A stretch of DNA of 63,959 bases, counting the filler. It is 6 parts of 6 records of this genome, joined end to end, with 100 filler letters (N's around TTAATTAATTAA, not from the genome) between each part and the next. Parts side by side here need not be neighbours in the genome. Positions count along the whole stretch, not along the records: positions 27,599 to 38,468 come from SRR31156797_13204; positions 38,569 to 58,474 come from SRR31156797_13207; 4 more parts are not named here. One strand, written 5' to 3'. Made by a program: the position numbers and the translations under genes. The notes under the pieces were generated by a model. It searched no databases, was not told where the DNA came from, and saw only the letters and a list, made by a program, of their open reading frames with translations. Below are positions 30,970 through 40,191 of the stretch, in pieces. The first letter of the stretch is position 1. Each line of letters opens with the position of its first letter.

Positions 30970-30997
30970 TTGCATATGTCATAGCAGATGTTATAAA
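30970..30997 (+). promoter_or_regulatory. Putative sigma-70 promoter with overlapping operator for the defence operon
   Basis: TTGCAT-N16-TATAAA with extended -10 TG; imperfect palindrome ATAGCA-GA-TGTTAT in the spacer. Confidence 0.5.
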
Positions 30998-31035
30998 AAA
31001 CATGATATTATAATCAGAGAAGCGAAGGTAAAGTT

Positions 31036-31248
31036 ATGATCACAGGGCCTGAAAAATTCCCGGAATTGGTTAAAAAAGTTCGAAAGCAACTTGGAATAAG
31101 CCAGGAGGATCTTGCTCGCGCTTTGGGTGTCAGCTTTGCAACTGTGAATCGATGGGAGAACGCTAAAACTTCACCTTCAAAATTAGCGCGCACTCAATTT
31201 GATTTGTTTTGCGAGGATATGAAAAAAAAGGGACGGCTCAATGACTGA
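31036..31248 (+). CDS. XRE-family HTH regulator (controller-like)
   Basis: VRKQLGISQEDLARALGVSFATVNRWENAKTSP; overlaps the next gene. Confidence 0.9.
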   Translation: MITGPEKFPELVKKVRKQLGISQEDLARALGVSFATVNRWENAKTSPSKLARTQFDLFCEDMKKKGRLND

Positions 31249-31939
31249 TCTTCCCACTAATTTTTCAATCAAAAAGTGGCCGGAGGGAGAACGGCCCCGT
31301 GAGAAATTGATTCAGTTGGGCGCGGAAACTCTTACTGATGCCGAGTTGCTGGCAATTTTGCTTCGAGTGGGCAAAGCAGGATCATCTGCGATTGACATGG
31401 GACGACAACTCATTGACCAGCTGAATGGAATTTGCGGTATTGATCGGGCGCATGTTGAAGATCTTCTTAAATTCAAAGGTTTGGGACTTGCCAAAACTGC
31501 CCAGCTTAAAGCGGCCATCGAAATTGGAAAGCGCGTTCGACGGCAGAATGCCCTTCCGGTCTCATTTGAATCGGCAGATACTATCGCAGCTTTCTGTTAT
31601 CCAAAATTTGAGGGCAAAAGGTATGAAATCTTCCTTGCACTGCTTCTTGACGGACAAAACAACCTATTGGCAGAGCGTGTTATTTCAGAGGGGATACCAA
31701 CCCAATCTGTTGTCTATACGCGAAAAGTCATGGAAGAAGCCCTACGTCTTTCAGCAAGTGCCATCGTTGTTGTTCACAATCATCCTTCAGGAAAGGCATC
31801 ACCCTCTGGCCAGGATATCGAAACAACCCGTAAACTGAAACAAGCAGCCGATGTTTTGGAATTGCTTCTGCTGGACCATATCATTCTTGGGCGGGATCAG
31901 TATTATAGTTTCTCAGAGCATAAAAATATTTTGACATAA
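31241..31939 (+). CDS. radC: RadC (JAB/MPN domain) protein
   Basis: RPREKL, DAELLAILL, HhH GLGLAK, JAB motif HNHPSG..SPSGQD, LLDHII. Confidence 0.92.
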   Translation: MTDLPTNFSIKKWPEGERPREKLIQLGAETLTDAELLAILLRVGKAGSSAIDMGRQLIDQLNGICGIDRAHVEDLLKFKGLGLAKTAQLKAAIEIGKRVRRQNALPVSFESADTIAAFCYPKFEGKRYEIFLALLLDGQNNLLAERVISEGIPTQSVVYTRKVMEEALRLSASAIVVVHNHPSGKASPSGQDIETTRKLKQAADVLELLLLDHIILGRDQYYSFSEHKNILT

Positions 31940-31952
31940 AGGAGCCAGTACA

Positions 31953-34193
31953 ATGGCCGGCAAGACATATAAAAAAGCAGATGAAGTCCGAATTGACGGA
32001 AATAAGATTTTCAGTCCGGTTCGAAAAATGTGGCTTTCACTAACACCTGAGGAGCAGGTTCGACAACAATATCTGACCGTTCTGATTGATGACTACGGAT
32101 ATGACCTTGATCAAATAGACGAAGAGGTGAGTGTCACCGGTCGCGGCAGTGCCCAGGCCCGTGCTGATTTCGTCATATGGCGAACGGCAAAGGACAAAAC
32201 GGACCAGAAAGCACCTTTTATCATTATTGAATGCAAATCCGATAATGTAACGATTAAAGCGCCTGATTATGCACAAGGTGAGCATTATGCACGTATGGCA
32301 AACGCTCCTTTTTTTGTGACCCACAATTCCAGAGAAACCCGATTCTGGAGAGTCAAGAAAGATAAAATGCCGGGGTATATCGAAGAGATTGAAAACATAC
32401 CCCATGCAGAAGCATCGGATAAAGAAATCAAAGAGTTGTTATCCAAACTTCGAGTGTTCAAGGAAAAAGAATTTGCTGACCTGTTGCACCAATGCCACAA
32501 CGTGATCCGTAACCGGGAAAAAAAAGATCCTGCCGCAGCGTTTGATGAGATTGCTAAAATCCTCTTTGTAAAGGTTTGGGTGGAAAGGGAATTGAGTAAA
32601 AAGCGCAGGCGCCAAAACCTGTTCAGTGTAGATTTTTTAGAAGAACAACTCGGTGACAACCCGCTTGATATTCTTTTCACACAGACCAAAGAGACCTACG
32701 CCACAGACAAAATTTTCGAAGATGATGAGCGTATCAACCTGAAACCTGCAACCGGTACGGAAATTGTACGAAAACTTGAAAAATATAATCTGTCCGATAC
32801 CAGTGAGGATATCAAGGGCGTTGCCTTTGAACGATTCCTCGGCCGCACCTTTCGTGGGGAGATCGGCCAGTTTTTTACCCCGCGCTCCATTGTGGAGTTC
32901 ATGGTCCACATGGTGAATCCCACAGAAGGGGAAATCGTGTGCGACCCGGCCAGCGGTTCCGGCGGATTTCTCATTCGTGTTTTTGAAATTGTCAGGGAAC
33001 AGATCCTTGCCGATGCAGACAGGCAATATAATGAATACAAAGAGAAAATCCTGAAAAATAAGGAACTCGGAGAGGAAGACAAGGCCATTAAGCTTCGAAA
33101 ACAGTATGATAAAATCCAGAAAACCATTGATCAGCGTATAGAGAATTCCCGCCTATGGAAGCTTTCCAATAGATGCATTTATGGAACAGATGCCAATGAC
33201 CGGATGGCCCGGACCAGCAAGATGAACATGATCATGCACGGTGACGGTCATGGCGGTGTGCACCACCATGACGGATTTTTAAACGTCAACGGTATTTTTG
33301 AAGGCCGGTTTGATATCATCCTGACCAATCCGCCGTTTGGGGCAAATGTAGAACCCAGTGATAAAATCACGGAACAGGAAATCCAGGTTTCCAATAATGC
33401 TGCCAAACGGTACACAGATGAGTATGGCGAGCTTTATACTGAAGCCCAGGGCAAGGTAAAGGCGGCCGTAAACAAATCCATTGCCTCTTTGTTTAGCTTG
33501 CCGAAACGATCCGTCAAGAAAGGCCAAACGGTTTACGGGAAAATCAAAACTGAAATCCTGTTCATCGAGCGTTGCCTTGATCTGTTGAAACCGGGAGGAA
33601 GAATGGGAATCGTTCTTCCGGAAGGCATCTACAATAACCCGTCCCTGGCCCATGTCCGGGAATTCACCGAAGACCGGGCTTTTTTAAAAGCCGTGGTCAG
33701 CCTGCCCCAGGAAACCTTTGTCAGTTCAGGTGCCAGCGTAAAATGCTCGCTGCTTTTTTTGCAAAAGTACACGAAAGATGAAAAACAAACATTTGATCAG
33801 ACATATGGGGATGCAAAAACCGAAATCGACGACCTTTATGCTGATGAAATCGCAGAAGAGACCGAACGCCTGGAAGCCGCCATTACCGCAGCTAAGAAAG
33901 AGAAAGACACAGAAGGCCGGAAAGCTTTGCAAAAAGAACTCAGAGAATATGTAAAGCTTATGGATGCAAAGAAAACCGCTGAATCCCGCCAGCTTCTCAA
34001 GGACCGGTTTGACTATCCCATTTTCATGTATGAAGCGGAAAAGGTGGGTATTTCCGCCACGGGTGAAGAAGATTTAAATGAGCTGTATCCAACGGAAAGT
34101 CAAGTCAAGGATATTGAGAAGACCTGTCTGGAATGGTATCGGGAGTTTTTGGCTAATCCTGAGAAGTTTGCTGAAAATGGTGAGGTTGAGTAA
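31953..34193 (+). CDS. Restriction endonuclease-N6-adenine methyltransferase fusion (HsdR_N-like + HsdM-like; type IIB/IIG-like)
   Basis: PEEQVRQ...RADFVI...IIECK PD-(D/E)xK domain; GQFFTPR, DPASGSGGF (motif I), TNPPFG (motif IV); no helicase motifs. Confidence 0.9.
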   Translation: MAGKTYKKADEVRIDGNKIFSPVRKMWLSLTPEEQVRQQYLTVLIDDYGYDLDQIDEEVSVTGRGSAQARADFVIWRTAKDKTDQKAPFIIIECKSDNVTIKAPDYAQGEHYARMANAPFFVTHNSRETRFWRVKKDKMPGYIEEIENIPHAEASDKEIKELLSKLRVFKEKEFADLLHQCHNVIRNREKKDPAAAFDEIAKILFVKVWVERELSKKRRRQNLFSVDFLEEQLGDNPLDILFTQTKETYATDKIFEDDERINLKPATGTEIVRKLEKYNLSDTSEDIKGVAFERFLGRTFRGEIGQFFTPRSIVEFMVHMVNPTEGEIVCDPASGSGGFLIRVFEIVREQILADADRQYNEYKEKILKNKELGEEDKAIKLRKQYDKIQKTIDQRIENSRLWKLSNRCIYGTDANDRMARTSKMNMIMHGDGHGGVHHHDGFLNVNGIFEGRFDIILTNPPFGANVEPSDKITEQEIQVSNNAAKRYTDEYGELYTEAQGKVKAAVNKSIASLFSLPKRSVKKGQTVYGKIKTEILFIERCLDLLKPGGRMGIVLPEGIYNNPSLAHVREFTEDRAFLKAVVSLPQETFVSSGASVKCSLLFLQKYTKDEKQTFDQTYGDAKTEIDDLYADEIAEETERLEAAITAAKKEKDTEGRKALQKELREYVKLMDAKKTAESRQLLKDRFDYPIFMYEAEKVGISATGEEDLNELYPTESQVKDIEKTCLEWYREFLANPEKFAENGEVE

Positions 34194-35605
34194 TGTCGCA
34201 ACAGATAGCACCTCAAAAACGGCCAAGCTTTCTGAAGTGGTCTGAAATTCAGAAATGGACATCAACCGCCAGTTTACTTCGTTTCAAAAATATTCCTGAA
34301 GACTGGCGGTTGCTTAAGGTTTCTGATTTTGCAACCTTGCTCAATAACAAAGAATCTGTAGTGCCTGATAAAAACTATCAAATGGCAGGGGTTAGATGGT
34401 ATGGGGAAGGTGTTTTTCATCGTGAAACTGTCCTCGGTAAAGATCAGAGTGCGAGCTATCTTTCGCCTTTAAAACAAAATACTGTTATTTACAACCGGCT
34501 TTTTGCTTGGAAAGAATCTTTTGCCGTCGTTACCGAAGAAAGCAACGGCCTTTATGTTTCAAACGAATTCCCACAATTCGAAATTGATAAGCAGGTAGCA
34601 CTTCCAGACTATATCTATTTGCTATTCATTTCAAAAAAGTTAATCAGAGTAGTTAATGCGTCATCAGTGGGTTCTTCAGCTGTCAGCAGGAATCGGTTCA
34701 AGGAAAATGATTTCTTGGATTTCAAAGTCCCCATTCCTCCCCTCCCAATTCAAAACCAAATTGTGGAGCACTGGAAAACTCTAACTGGAAGCATTAATAG
34801 CCGTATCGCTTTATCAAAAAAAATTACCAACCGTATCCCGCACATGCTGGTTACTGAAGTTGGGTTGCATGGTTTGGGAAAAACCCATTCAAGGCGGGCT
34901 TTTCGAACCACATGGCGAAAAATTGAGAGATGGGGGGTTAACATAGCCCGTGAGATGACCCGTAAGCCAGATTTGAAAGCAAGTCCATTTCCTATTGTAT
35001 CTCTTTCAGACGTTATTGAAGATTTGCAAAATGGATGGAGCCCGAAATGTCATACAAGGCCGGCACAGATTGAAGAATGGGGTGTCTTAAAAGTTGGTGC
35101 TGTGTCGTTTGGTTGGTTTGATGAGAGTCAAAATAAAGCACTACCTAAGAGTCTCAAACCATTAAAACAGCATGAAGTGGCCTCGGGAGACTTAATAATC
35201 AGCCGTGCCAATATTACTCAATATGTCGGAGCTTGCGCACTAGTTAATCAAGTCCGTTCCAAGCTTATGCTATGCGATAAGCTTTTTCGTGTTGTTTGGA
35301 AAACGGATTCGTTGATTTTGCCCGAATATTTAAATGAGATACTTAAGATCCCTCATTTACGATGGCAGATTGAGAATAAACTCACGGGTGCATCTCCGAC
35401 AATGAAAAACATCTCGAAACCAGCGTTGCTCTCTTTAAAGTTCCCCCTTCCTCCATTAGAGATTCAAAGAAAAATAATGGATATAATTGAAGCAAGAAGA
35501 GAAGAGTCTCGGACATTATTGTCTGGAGCCCAAAAAAAGCAGGAAGAAGTTTCAAAACAGATGGAGAAACTAATCCTCGGGACCCTGTCAGTGGAGGACC
35601 TCTGA
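34193..35605 (+). CDS. HsdS-like specificity subunit with two TRDs
   Basis: Two TRD/conserved-helix units ending VPIPPLPIQNQIV and FPLPPLEIQRKIM; TAATG coupling to the upstream gene. Confidence 0.88.
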   Translation: MSQQIAPQKRPSFLKWSEIQKWTSTASLLRFKNIPEDWRLLKVSDFATLLNNKESVVPDKNYQMAGVRWYGEGVFHRETVLGKDQSASYLSPLKQNTVIYNRLFAWKESFAVVTEESNGLYVSNEFPQFEIDKQVALPDYIYLLFISKKLIRVVNASSVGSSAVSRNRFKENDFLDFKVPIPPLPIQNQIVEHWKTLTGSINSRIALSKKITNRIPHMLVTEVGLHGLGKTHSRRAFRTTWRKIERWGVNIAREMTRKPDLKASPFPIVSLSDVIEDLQNGWSPKCHTRPAQIEEWGVLKVGAVSFGWFDESQNKALPKSLKPLKQHEVASGDLIISRANITQYVGACALVNQVRSKLMLCDKLFRVVWKTDSLILPEYLNEILKIPHLRWQIENKLTGASPTMKNISKPALLSLKFPLPPLEIQRKIMDIIEARREESRTLLSGAQKKQEEVSKQMEKLILGTLSVEDL

Positions 35606-35606
35606 T

Positions 35607-37238
35607 ATGTCTCGCGGTCGTCAATACATTCAATTTGAGGGATATTTTGCCGAAAGCGTATTAGGCATCTTCCGTATTATCCGGGGCTTTGCCGATCTGC
35701 AGGACTTGGCGGCTGTTTCCGTACCCTATGAGATGACCGGCCATGAAACAGAGCCCATGCGTGTTGTGGGTCACCAGCGAGAGTTGAATGCAAAGCATGC
35801 AAGGGATATTAAAAAATACCTGGAACAAAGTGACAACCGGTTTATTCCGGAAGTGGTGCTTTCGGTCCGTGTGCCGGTGAACCCGGTGGATGTGGATCGG
35901 GGTGTCGTACTGGAGATTGATGAACCTCCAACCCAGATTATTGGTATTCAGAGTGATGAGACAACACCGGTTACCATAAAACGCAGATACGGGAGCAAAA
36001 CCACCCGAATTCAGACGGTCCGGATACCCCGGCAGGATCTGGAACAGGTTAAGGCTAACAAACTGATCCGCCGTATCGACGGCAATCACCGTCTGGCGCT
36101 TGCTGAACACCTTGTGGAAGATATCAACCTGCCCTCCAAGTTTCTGGCCCCATTCTGTATGGTGCTGTTGGGATCTGTTGACAATGATGCGGATGATTAC
36201 GCAGAGTCCCTCATCTTCCACACGATCAACAATACTGCCCTGCCATTGGAATCGGAACACGGCCTGCGGCTTTTGCTGGGTCAGAATTCCGATTATGACA
36301 TGACACCGGAAAATGAATTTAATTACAGCCCGGAACTCTATCTAACCCGTCTGCTGGCACAAAAGTTAGAGGGTCTGCCTCAACCTGCGCAGGATCGATT
36401 CGGCACCCGCCCGCTGACTGCATTGTGGGATGCGGCCCGCAATCTGATTGCCATGGATACGGCCATTGCCGAATCAAAGCAGGCGATTGATCAGTTTGCC
36501 CAAGACCTGTTTGCAGGCTTGGCAGATATCATGGTGCGGCTGACAGTGAATCATCCGTCTTTGTGTAAAACTTATTCTTTTCTTGAATTGACTTCTCGAA
36601 TCTGGAATGAAGCAACAGGGAACCATGAAGAACGTGTCAATTCTTCTGTCCAACTGCTTGACCGGATCGGTAAATGGTTGGGCAATGAGGGGATCACGGG
36701 GCTTTTGAACCCCTCTTCTCCGGCAGAACAATTGCTCACTACCTTTAAGGCAACTCAGAACAGAATACCTAAAAAGGTGTTTCTGGCCCGGTGGTATCCC
36801 CCGGTTGATGCATTGAACGATGCCTACAATAAAGCCGGTTTACGCCTTGAGCAGCTGCGGCAAACATTAAAATCTATAAAAGATGAGCACGGCCTTCCAC
36901 TCGATTTGATCGATATGGGAACCCAGGAAGGGGGGACCTTTCCAATTCATAACAAAATGTACGAAGCCATTGCGGGATCTGAAATTATAATTTGCGATTT
37001 AACCGGACACCGTCCAAATGTATATGTGGAAGCCGGTTATGCCCTTAAACATCATGAGCAAAATCGGTTGATCTATCTTTTTGAACCTCAAGACGCAGAT
37101 GACAGAGTGCCTTTTGATTTGAACACCTTCAAATATGTCCCCATATCACAGGCCGCAGAAATACCCGGAAAGTTAAAACCGGAAATCATTGCCATTTTGA
37201 AAGACGCCGGAGCAACAATTGATGGAGGTAATCTATGA
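35607..37238 (+). CDS. DGQHR (DndB/ParB-like) domain fused to C-terminal nucleoside 2-deoxyribosyltransferase-like domain
   Basis: GHQREL...IDGNHRL...IFHTIN signature; C-terminal [26 protein letters not shown]...VPFDL. Confidence 0.75.
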   Translation: MSRGRQYIQFEGYFAESVLGIFRIIRGFADLQDLAAVSVPYEMTGHETEPMRVVGHQRELNAKHARDIKKYLEQSDNRFIPEVVLSVRVPVNPVDVDRGVVLEIDEPPTQIIGIQSDETTPVTIKRRYGSKTTRIQTVRIPRQDLEQVKANKLIRRIDGNHRLALAEHLVEDINLPSKFLAPFCMVLLGSVDNDADDYAESLIFHTINNTALPLESEHGLRLLLGQNSDYDMTPENEFNYSPELYLTRLLAQKLEGLPQPAQDRFGTRPLTALWDAARNLIAMDTAIAESKQAIDQFAQDLFAGLADIMVRLTVNHPSLCKTYSFLELTSRIWNEATGNHEERVNSSVQLLDRIGKWLGNEGITGLLNPSSPAEQLLTTFKATQNRIPKKVFLARWYPPVDALNDAYNKAGLRLEQLRQTLKSIKDEHGLPLDLIDMGTQEGGTFPIHNKMYEAIAGSEIIICDLTGHRPNVYVEAGYALKHHEQNRLIYLFEPQDADDRVPFDLNTFKYVPISQAAEIPGKLKPEIIAILKDAGATIDGGNL

Positions 37239-38275
37239 CTGGATTTAACCCCATATTTACCATAACCAACCGCATGACATCTGCCATCACCCAAATTGAG
37301 CGGGCCCGGGGTTTTCTGGAAGCCGCAAGATTATCCGACGACTGGGTAAGGGATATGGGAAACCAGGCCCTTATAAAAGAGGCCCATCATACCACACATA
37401 TCGAGGGAACAAGGCTGACATTGGATCAGGCTGAACGCTTGTGGAAAGGTGAAGCGGTGCCTGAAGCCGATCCGGATGATACCAGAGAACTGTTGAACTA
37501 CCGGACTGCTTTTGAATTTGTATCCCAATGTCTGGATAGTGGAGATCCCATTACCGAAGGAATGGTACGTGAAATTCACCGAAAGCTGGTTGAGGGAGTT
37601 CGAGGCGGAAAAGCAGATCCGGGAAACTATCGGCGGATTCAAAATTATGTGGCCAATTCATCTACAGGTGAAGTGATTTATACACCACCATCTGCCGTAG
37701 AAGTACCGATTATGATGTCTGAATTGGTTAAATGGCTGAATTCGGATCTTGAAATCCACCCGGTCTTGATCAGTGGGATCGCTCAATTCCAACTGGTCCA
37801 TATCCATCCGTTCCTTGACGGTAACGGGCGAGCTTCAAGGCTATTGTCAACCCTCTGCCTTTACAAGGCCGGATATGATTTCAAACGTCTGTTCACCATC
37901 AGTGAATATTATGATCGTGACAGACCGACTTTTTATAAAAAAATTCAAAGTGTTCGTGAAAACGACATGGATATGACCGGATGGCTGGATTATTTCATCT
38001 CCGGCTTGGAAACTCAAATGATTGAGGTCAAAGAGCGTGGCGAACAGGTGATTCGAAGGGATATTTTAACACAGAAGCACAACTTGAATGAAAGGCAAGC
38101 AAAAGCAATTGAATACATTCTCCAGCATGATAGACTGACTATCCAGAATTATGAAGGACTATGTCCAGAAGTAAACCGACGCAGTTTGCAGCGTGATCTT
38201 AAAGGAATGATTGAAAAGGAACTGATTGGCAGTGAAGGAGCAACAAATCAGTTGGTTTATTTTTTAAAGGTATGA
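37235..38275 (+). CDS. Fic-family protein (class II type, N-terminal inhibitory motif) with C-terminal wHTH
   Basis: [12 protein letters not shown] catalytic loop, TTHIEG matches (S/T)xxxE(G/N), C-terminal LNERQ...[15 protein letters not shown] overlap with the upstream gene. Confidence 0.93.
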   Translation: MTGFNPIFTITNRMTSAITQIERARGFLEAARLSDDWVRDMGNQALIKEAHHTTHIEGTRLTLDQAERLWKGEAVPEADPDDTRELLNYRTAFEFVSQCLDSGDPITEGMVREIHRKLVEGVRGGKADPGNYRRIQNYVANSSTGEVIYTPPSAVEVPIMMSELVKWLNSDLEIHPVLISGIAQFQLVHIHPFLDGNGRASRLLSTLCLYKAGYDFKRLFTISEYYDRDRPTFYKKIQSVRENDMDMTGWLDYFISGLETQMIEVKERGEQVIRRDILTQKHNLNERQAKAIEYILQHDRLTIQNYEGLCPEVNRRSLQRDLKGMIEKELIGSEGATNQLVYFLKV

Positions 38276-38333
38276 GCTTGCGACATCTTATGACAGAAAC
38301 TTGTGACAAACTCATGACAAAGCTTGCGACATC
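38275..38333 (+). repeat. Five direct repeats of CTYRYGACA
   Basis: Copies start at 38277, 38287, 38300, 38311 and 38323; first and last share AGCTTGCGACATC. Confidence 0.8.
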
Positions 38334-38434
38334 AGCAAAGCCAGTACAAAAAGCTGAAGATACCTCTGAGTATCTCTGAATAAATCCATATACCTTTATT
38401 TCAAACCTGGCGGAGTTCCAATAGGAATACCGAA

Positions 38435-38468
38435 TACTAACAAAAACATGCTGACGGATAAACCGCAG
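38435..38468 (+). repeat. attC-like site truncated by contig end
   Basis: TACTAAC-AAAAA-CAT(G)CTG-(A)CGG-ATAAA-CCG-CAG, near-identical to 29679-29713. Confidence 0.6.
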
Positions 38469-38568
38469 NNNNNNNNNNNNNNNNNNNNNNNNNNNNNNNN
38501 NNNNNNNNNNNNTTAATTAATTAANNNNNNNNNNNNNNNNNNNNNNNNNNNNNNNNNNNNNNNNNNNN
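38469..38568. other. Artificial contig spacer
   Basis: N44-TTAATTAATTAA-N44. Confidence 0.99.
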
Positions 38569-38662
38569 ATTTCCAATTATTTTTTCGCAGAATGGCAATA
38601 TACAAAATACAGCATTGGTTGTCAAGTAAATAACACGTGAAAAAAAATAACCTCTTTTGTAT

Positions 38663-39412
38663 TTAAGTCAGTATTATTTCTGATATTTCATGAGCAAATT
38701 GCTCAGAAACCAATCTATCATTCACTAAAAACTCATGTATAGCTTTTTTCCAAGCCTGAAGATAATCTCTTGATTCCATAAAATTATCGAAGGCCAAACT
38801 ACCAACATCTGAAATACTAATTCCAAAACACCTATATATTAAACGAAATTTAGACACAGGAATTAACGTGTGTTTATATTCATCATATATAATATCCATG
38901 CTATCGATCATTTCAGCTTGTGCACCAGAATTTATTTTATCAACCCTTCTCCGTGGATTTGAATCTTGTGAAATTCCAATATGCAATTTAATAATATCTA
39001 GCCCTTGCTTAAAGTTTTCACATTTAAACTCATTATCTTTCAATTCTTGATTGCTCGATAAAATACTTTGTATTAAAACAACTAATGGATATATAACTAT
39101 GGTTTTAAACTGTATTTTTTTAGAATCATCTTCACGGTAACTAATTCGATGATACTTTAATTGAAGTTTATTTATAATGGATGCCTCTAGTCCTGAATCT
39201 TCCCAAATCGAAATAATTGCTGTTGGATATAAACTTTCTAAAACAATAGAATCCCTTTCAATTTTCCTTAGGGTATCAATTTTTATGGTTTCAGGAATAG
39301 ATATTTGATATCTCTCTACATTAAAAAAGTCTTTTAACCACAACTCATCTTTATGCTCTTTTCCTTGCCTAAAGAAAAAGCCTAATTGATCAATACCTAT
39401 TACTCTATCCAT
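38663..39412 (-). CDS. Hypothetical protein
   Basis: 249-aa open frame co-oriented downstream of mlaF; no motif recognised. Confidence 0.65.
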   Translation of the reverse strand: MDRVIGIDQLGFFFRQGKEHKDELWLKDFFNVERYQISIPETIKIDTLRKIERDSIVLESLYPTAIISIWEDSGLEASIINKLQLKYHRISYREDDSKKIQFKTIVIYPLVVLIQSILSSNQELKDNEFKCENFKQGLDIIKLHIGISQDSNPRRRVDKINSGAQAEMIDSMDIIYDEYKHTLIPVSKFRLIYRCFGISISDVGSLAFDNFMESRDYLQAWKKAIHEFLVNDRLVSEQFAHEISEIILT

Positions 39413-39438
39413 ACTCTCATCTAAAATCCATATTTTAT

Positions 39439-40191
39439 TTAGTAATTTTCTTTAATTCTTTTAAAGAGCTCCGAGGCAAAAACAAAATTATTTAATTCTT
39501 CCTCTTTGGCTGAAAGTATTTCCTCCTTATTCCCTTCCCAAAGTTTCTTTCCTTGATATATATAAATAATTTTTTCACCCATTCCCATAACAGAATTCAT
39601 ATCGTGGGTATTTATAATCGTTGTAATTCCATACTCCTTCGTTATTTCATATATTAAGTTGTCAATTACTATAGCCGTTTTAGGATCTAAACCGGAATTG
39701 GGTTCATCACAGAATAGATATTTTGGATTTAAAGCAATAGCACGGGCTATCGCAACTCTTTTTTGCATTCCTCCACTTATTTCTGATGGATAAAGACGAT
39801 TCACATTTTCAAGGTTTACCCTATTCAAACAAAAATTAACGCGCTCTTTCTTTTCTTCCGTACTTTTATTTGAAAACATATCCAATGGAAATTGTACATT
39901 TTCTTCAACCGTTAATGAGTCAAACAATGCAGAACCTTGAAACAACATTCCTATTTCTTTTCTGATTTTTTTCTGCTCCTTTAAAGTCATCTCAGAAAAA
40001 ACCTGATCTCCGTAAATAATCTGACCTGAATCAATGGAATGTAATCCAACAATTGATTTTAACAATACAGTTTTACCATGACCACTTTGACCGATTATCA
40101 AATTAGTTTGGCCTGCCTCAAATTTTGCAGAAACATCAAATAATATTTGTTTACCTTGAAAAGACTTATTTACCCCTTTAACTTCAATCAT
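39439..40191 (-). CDS. mlaF: MlaF-family ABC transporter ATPase
   Basis: GQSGHGKT, FQGSALFDSLTV, ISGGMQKRVAIARA, DEPNSGLDP. Confidence 0.9.
   Translation of the reverse strand: MIEVKGVNKSFQGKQILFDVSAKFEAGQTNLIIGQSGHGKTVLLKSIVGLHSIDSGQIIYGDQVFSEMTLKEQKKIRKEIGMLFQGSALFDSLTVEENVQFPLDMFSNKSTEEKKERVNFCLNRVNLENVNRLYPSEISGGMQKRVAIARAIALNPKYLFCDEPNSGLDPKTAIVIDNLIYEITKEYGITTIINTHDMNSVMGMGEKIIYIYQGKKLWEGNKEEILSAKEEELNNFVFASELFKRIKENY

Noticed and set aside
31953-35605. Classical type I RM with missing hsdR
   Set aside because: The MTase carries its own N-terminal PD-(D/E)xK domain, so a motor-less IIB/IIG-like enzyme explains it without gene loss.
35607-37238. Dnd phosphorothioation system
   Set aside because: Only a DndB-like domain is present; there are no dndA/C/D/E or ssp genes on the contig.
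38275-38333. CRISPR array
   Set aside because: Repeats are 9 nt with 1-4 nt gaps, and there are no spacers or cas genes. No CRISPR array was seen anywhere in the window.
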